From Convolutriloba macropyga (Eukaryota), in the NCBI RefSeq assembly GCF_964194025.1, contig NC_134468.1:42346001-42410000 (forward strand): a DNA stretch of 64,000 nt, in the 5' to 3' direction. The notes under the pieces were generated by a model. It made no database searches and was not told the origin of the DNA. It was given only the letters and a program-made list of their open reading frames with translations. Shown in pieces: positions 60,604-64,000 of this stretch (position 1 is its first letter; the number at the start of each line of letters is the position of its first letter). Made by a program: the position numbers and the translations under genes.

Positions 60604-61255
60604 TTTTTGTTGTTGTAGCCGTCCGGGGTCGACTTCGGCGTCAGTAGGCATGCCTTTAGAGCCCGAGAAAGGACGCGGCCTCGACAGGCGTCAACCATAA
60701 GCTGTCGATCGCGAGGTGGGTGGGTTTCTTCTTGCACTCGAATAGATTCTTCGTGTCATGCTGGCTCTCTTGGCAATCTGGGCAGACGTCACGCACTTCG
60801 GGGTCGATTCTTGACATGTACGAATTCAGTAACTTGCTATAGCCACTTCGTAGTTGGGCGAGCTTGACTCTGGTACTCCTGGGAAGCTTCTTCTCAGACT
60901 CAGAAATGGGGGGGGTGGTGGCGGGGCATTCAAAACCTTGTTGTTGCGCATTTTTGAGATGGATTTCCTGACGAAATTGCTGTGAAGTATGATGTTGCCT
61001 CGCTTCAGCCATTTTGGGTGGCTTCTTTCCGCGGCACTTTCGACATCGCTACCGAATTCTTCTTTCAGGTTCTTCCGCATGTCTCTTTCGCTGACTGGGT
61101 CCTTGATTCCATGGTTTGGATGGTGTGTCGACTGTGAAGCCAAGAGATGTTGTGCTGATAGAAGCTGGCAGTGGTCTCGCACGGGTAGAATCTTCGTCTC
61201 GTGAAGATCTCTTCCATTGTCATCCGCGTGCAGCCGGTGGCGCTTCTCAGGGCAG
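60604..61255 (-). mobile_element. 5'-truncated non-LTR retrotransposon 3' end with (ACA)n/A tail
   Basis: ALRSATGC, ETKILPV, RVKLAQLRSGYSKLLNSYMSRIDP...CPDC...HDTKNLFEC...LWLTPVEAASFLGL*; short 3'UTR ending ACAACAACAAAAA; frameshifted. Confidence 0.9.
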
Positions 61256-62742
61256 AGTATATGAAAAAGGTCATCTTAAAAGAAAGTAGACTTAGCCAGT
61301 GTGGTGCAATCGCACGACTGCAAGAATCAGCCTCGTTGCTTTTTAACAAGTACCCCAACCAACCAAAGCTATTGCGCCGCATTCGAAGAAATAAACCGAA
61401 TATTAGAATTCCGCCCATTCTGTGTCTTGTTTTAAAAGCATTCATGTGTTGCTTAATTGAGGGCCATGAAGCTCAGTTATAGCATACTTCACAGTTGAGT
61501 AGGCCACTTAAAGCTTAAAACTGACGAAGATTGCGCCCCGAGCTGCATTCAAACTGTAGAACAAAAAATCTTATTTACGTTTGAATAGGGGGTTTCAAGA
61601 CGCAGATAGAGATAATTTATTTGAGCAGTTCAAAACTCCTTAGTTGAATCAGTTGTATTGGTGCTCTGATTTGGCAGGACAGTGTTTAAACTATTTTATA
61701 CCAGGATATTTTTAATGGCTATCTTTCACTTCAAATTACATCTTAGAGTTTACCAAAAAGATCTCTACGGCTGTAGTTCCCAAAGTTTTCTATGGCTACA
61801 AATGAACTTCTAAAAATAATTCTTAAAGACTTCTAATAATTTCCAAAATTTTCTCAATTTAAACCTAAATTTAACATTAAAATAAGGCCTAAACCTGTAA
61901 ACATCCTGGACGAAACAAGAGCGTTGTGCTGAAAATGCGTGACAATTTCACAATTTGCTCGAATAACAATTTTTAAAAATACTTCACATTGTATAATTTG
62001 AGAATTTCTTAGCTGTATGAATACAGCACTTTATTGTCGATGCAGAGAAGAACTTTAACTTTCAAAGCCTTGCAGAGCAAACAAATACAAAAACAATGTG
62101 ATCGGCGTGTTCCTGGCAGCAAAAAACATTACGAAAATTTTATTACCCTAAACAAGCGTTGTGATCGTTTATTGTTTTTAGCACCAAAGATCTGATTATT
62201 TTCCGGTAAAATATGAAAAAAAGCAGTGCAAATAAGTACTTCCGGAGCAGATGCAATTTCTGACCAGATCCTTAGAACTTGAGCACGGAAAACAGTTCCA
62301 GAGTGAAGTCAGGTCTATATTGAAAAAAGACAAGTGAATTTAAAAAGGTGAAACTCATTTAAAAAAACGCAAAAAGAACACTGAGTTATAAAGCAACTTC
62401 ACCCCCAACACTTTTTTCAGGAACTGCAAAATACTATCAAAAGTGAGTGATTCCAGATGAAAGGATATTAGAACAAAAATAGCAAAAAGAAGTGAAGCAA
62501 AAAGAAAAATGGTCAACAGGGAGAATAGCAATTACAAAAAATAAAAACAATTTAACATCCTCCTCTACACTGTGCTTAGCGTTTTAAGACAACCATTTAG
62601 CTCAAAACAACTATTTAGAAAACAGATGCTATAGATTTTCCATAAAATAGACGTAACAGCTGAAAATCAAAGAACGGTATTAAATAAAGGTCACAACAAA
62701 GAAAACCGAAATCAAAAATGTAATACCAGGCCAAAAATGATC

Positions 62743-63234
62743 AAACATAACCGACTAACGTCGGGCGAATCGCTGATCGCTTGGCCTTAGGGATGCTAGC
62801 ATTAGGGGGCGAACTGTTTGTGGGGGTCCAAGTGTTGGGGTGGGGTGGGGGGGGGACAAGCGATGGGGGTAGGGTTGCGAATGCTAGATGAGGAGGGGGT
62901 TCAGATCGACAAGTGGAAGAGGGTGGACTGTGGGAGTGTTGATGTTGAGGGGGGGTAATGGGGGGCTGACAGAGGGGATCAAACTTTTAAGATTAAGAAC
63001 CGCCCTTCACACTTGAAATTATCTCCTCAAAACAGTTTTGGTGAATCGCATTCTTAGGGAATAGTAAGGTTTAGGGCTCTAAGAGCACTTAATGCCCGCT
63101 GGGCGCTACCTGTTTATCCCGTTTTTGAGGGCGAAAAGTCAAATGGGTCAGACGGAAAATCAGTCAAGCGAAAAATCTTTAAAACGACCGCAGGACTAAT
63201 ATAATTCCTACAAACTTCGTTTGAGAGCAATTAA
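62743..63234 (-). mobile_element. Helentron-like element, family A with G-rich core
   Basis: aaacataaCCGACtaacGTCGG head and TCGTTTGAGAGCAATTAA end; a family-B head follows at about 63397. Confidence 0.72.
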
Positions 63235-64000
63235 CCATCTCAATCGCATTCTTTAAAATATACATTACCAACAAGGCGCTCTCAAACCGTGAGCATGGGG
63301 CAGTCTTTGGTTGTACCTAGCTTAAACCTAGAGGGCAGCCTCAATGCGCAGTAGCAGGGTAAAGAAGTAGAGAGGGGTGGGAAAAGGAGCAGTCCGAACA
63401 TAGCTGGCAGATTGCCAAAAACTAGCTGCGATAGCTTCTTGGACCAGCAGTCTCAAAAAACAAATAAAATAAGAGCGAAGAAGAGAAGCTTTTTCTAATT
63501 GATGAGATTTTGTATTTTGATTTGGAAATTATATAAATTACGGGTTTTTATTAGCTGCCCTAACAAGCTTCAATTATGTACGCATAAAGCGGTAGCACTC
63601 CATGATCGCATTAATTTCACCAAAGAAAACTATAGAAAACGCAAACTTTACCAAAAATATTTAATTTACAAGATTAAATAAAAATCCACACCCAATCTTG
63701 AATGAAAGCTTTTAAAATTGAAGGAAATCTGAAAAATGAACACAGGGGAGAAATTAACACATTTGTATTAATCAAATTCAATTGTCAAGGTAATACAAGA
63801 CGTAGGTCAGCAAAAGCCATGTGAAATCCTCAGCATTTCAATAATTTTAAACTTAAATCGAAACATATGATTTATTGCAAACTGATTAGTCGCCATTTTC
63901 AACTACTGCTAACTATGTTGATACTCTCGCGATAATGCCCACTTCAATTATGGGGAGACGAAATTCTTGAAGATGCTTGAATAGCTTGGACAGTTTGAAA

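Overview
AT-rich, intron-containing eukaryotic (animal-like, probably invertebrate) genomic DNA. Five protein-coding genes can be spliced together by hand. (1) The 5' part of mitochondrial complex I 75-kDa subunit NDUFS1 (minus strand, 7 exons, runs off the left edge). (2) A 7-exon class A GPCR nested antisense inside NDUFS1 intron 3. (3) An intronless tetraspanin. (4) Spliceosomal SF3B6/p14. (5) The Rab-like IFT22/RABL5. The non-coding space is dominated by many non-autonomous Helitron2/Helentron-like elements (asymmetric inverted repeats plus a terminal hairpin with compensatory changes). Almost all lie in one orientation and some carry tRNA-like cassettes. There is also a ~2.6-kb near-tandem duplication (29-34.6 kb), a ~13.6-kb higher-order macrosatellite (38-51.6 kb) and two decayed non-LTR retrotransposons. 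All five genes have a splice-acceptor-like site 1-16 nt before the ATG, suggesting spliced-leader trans-splicing or 5'UTR introns. All gene models and family calls come from manual reading and recalled family motifs, not from database searches.
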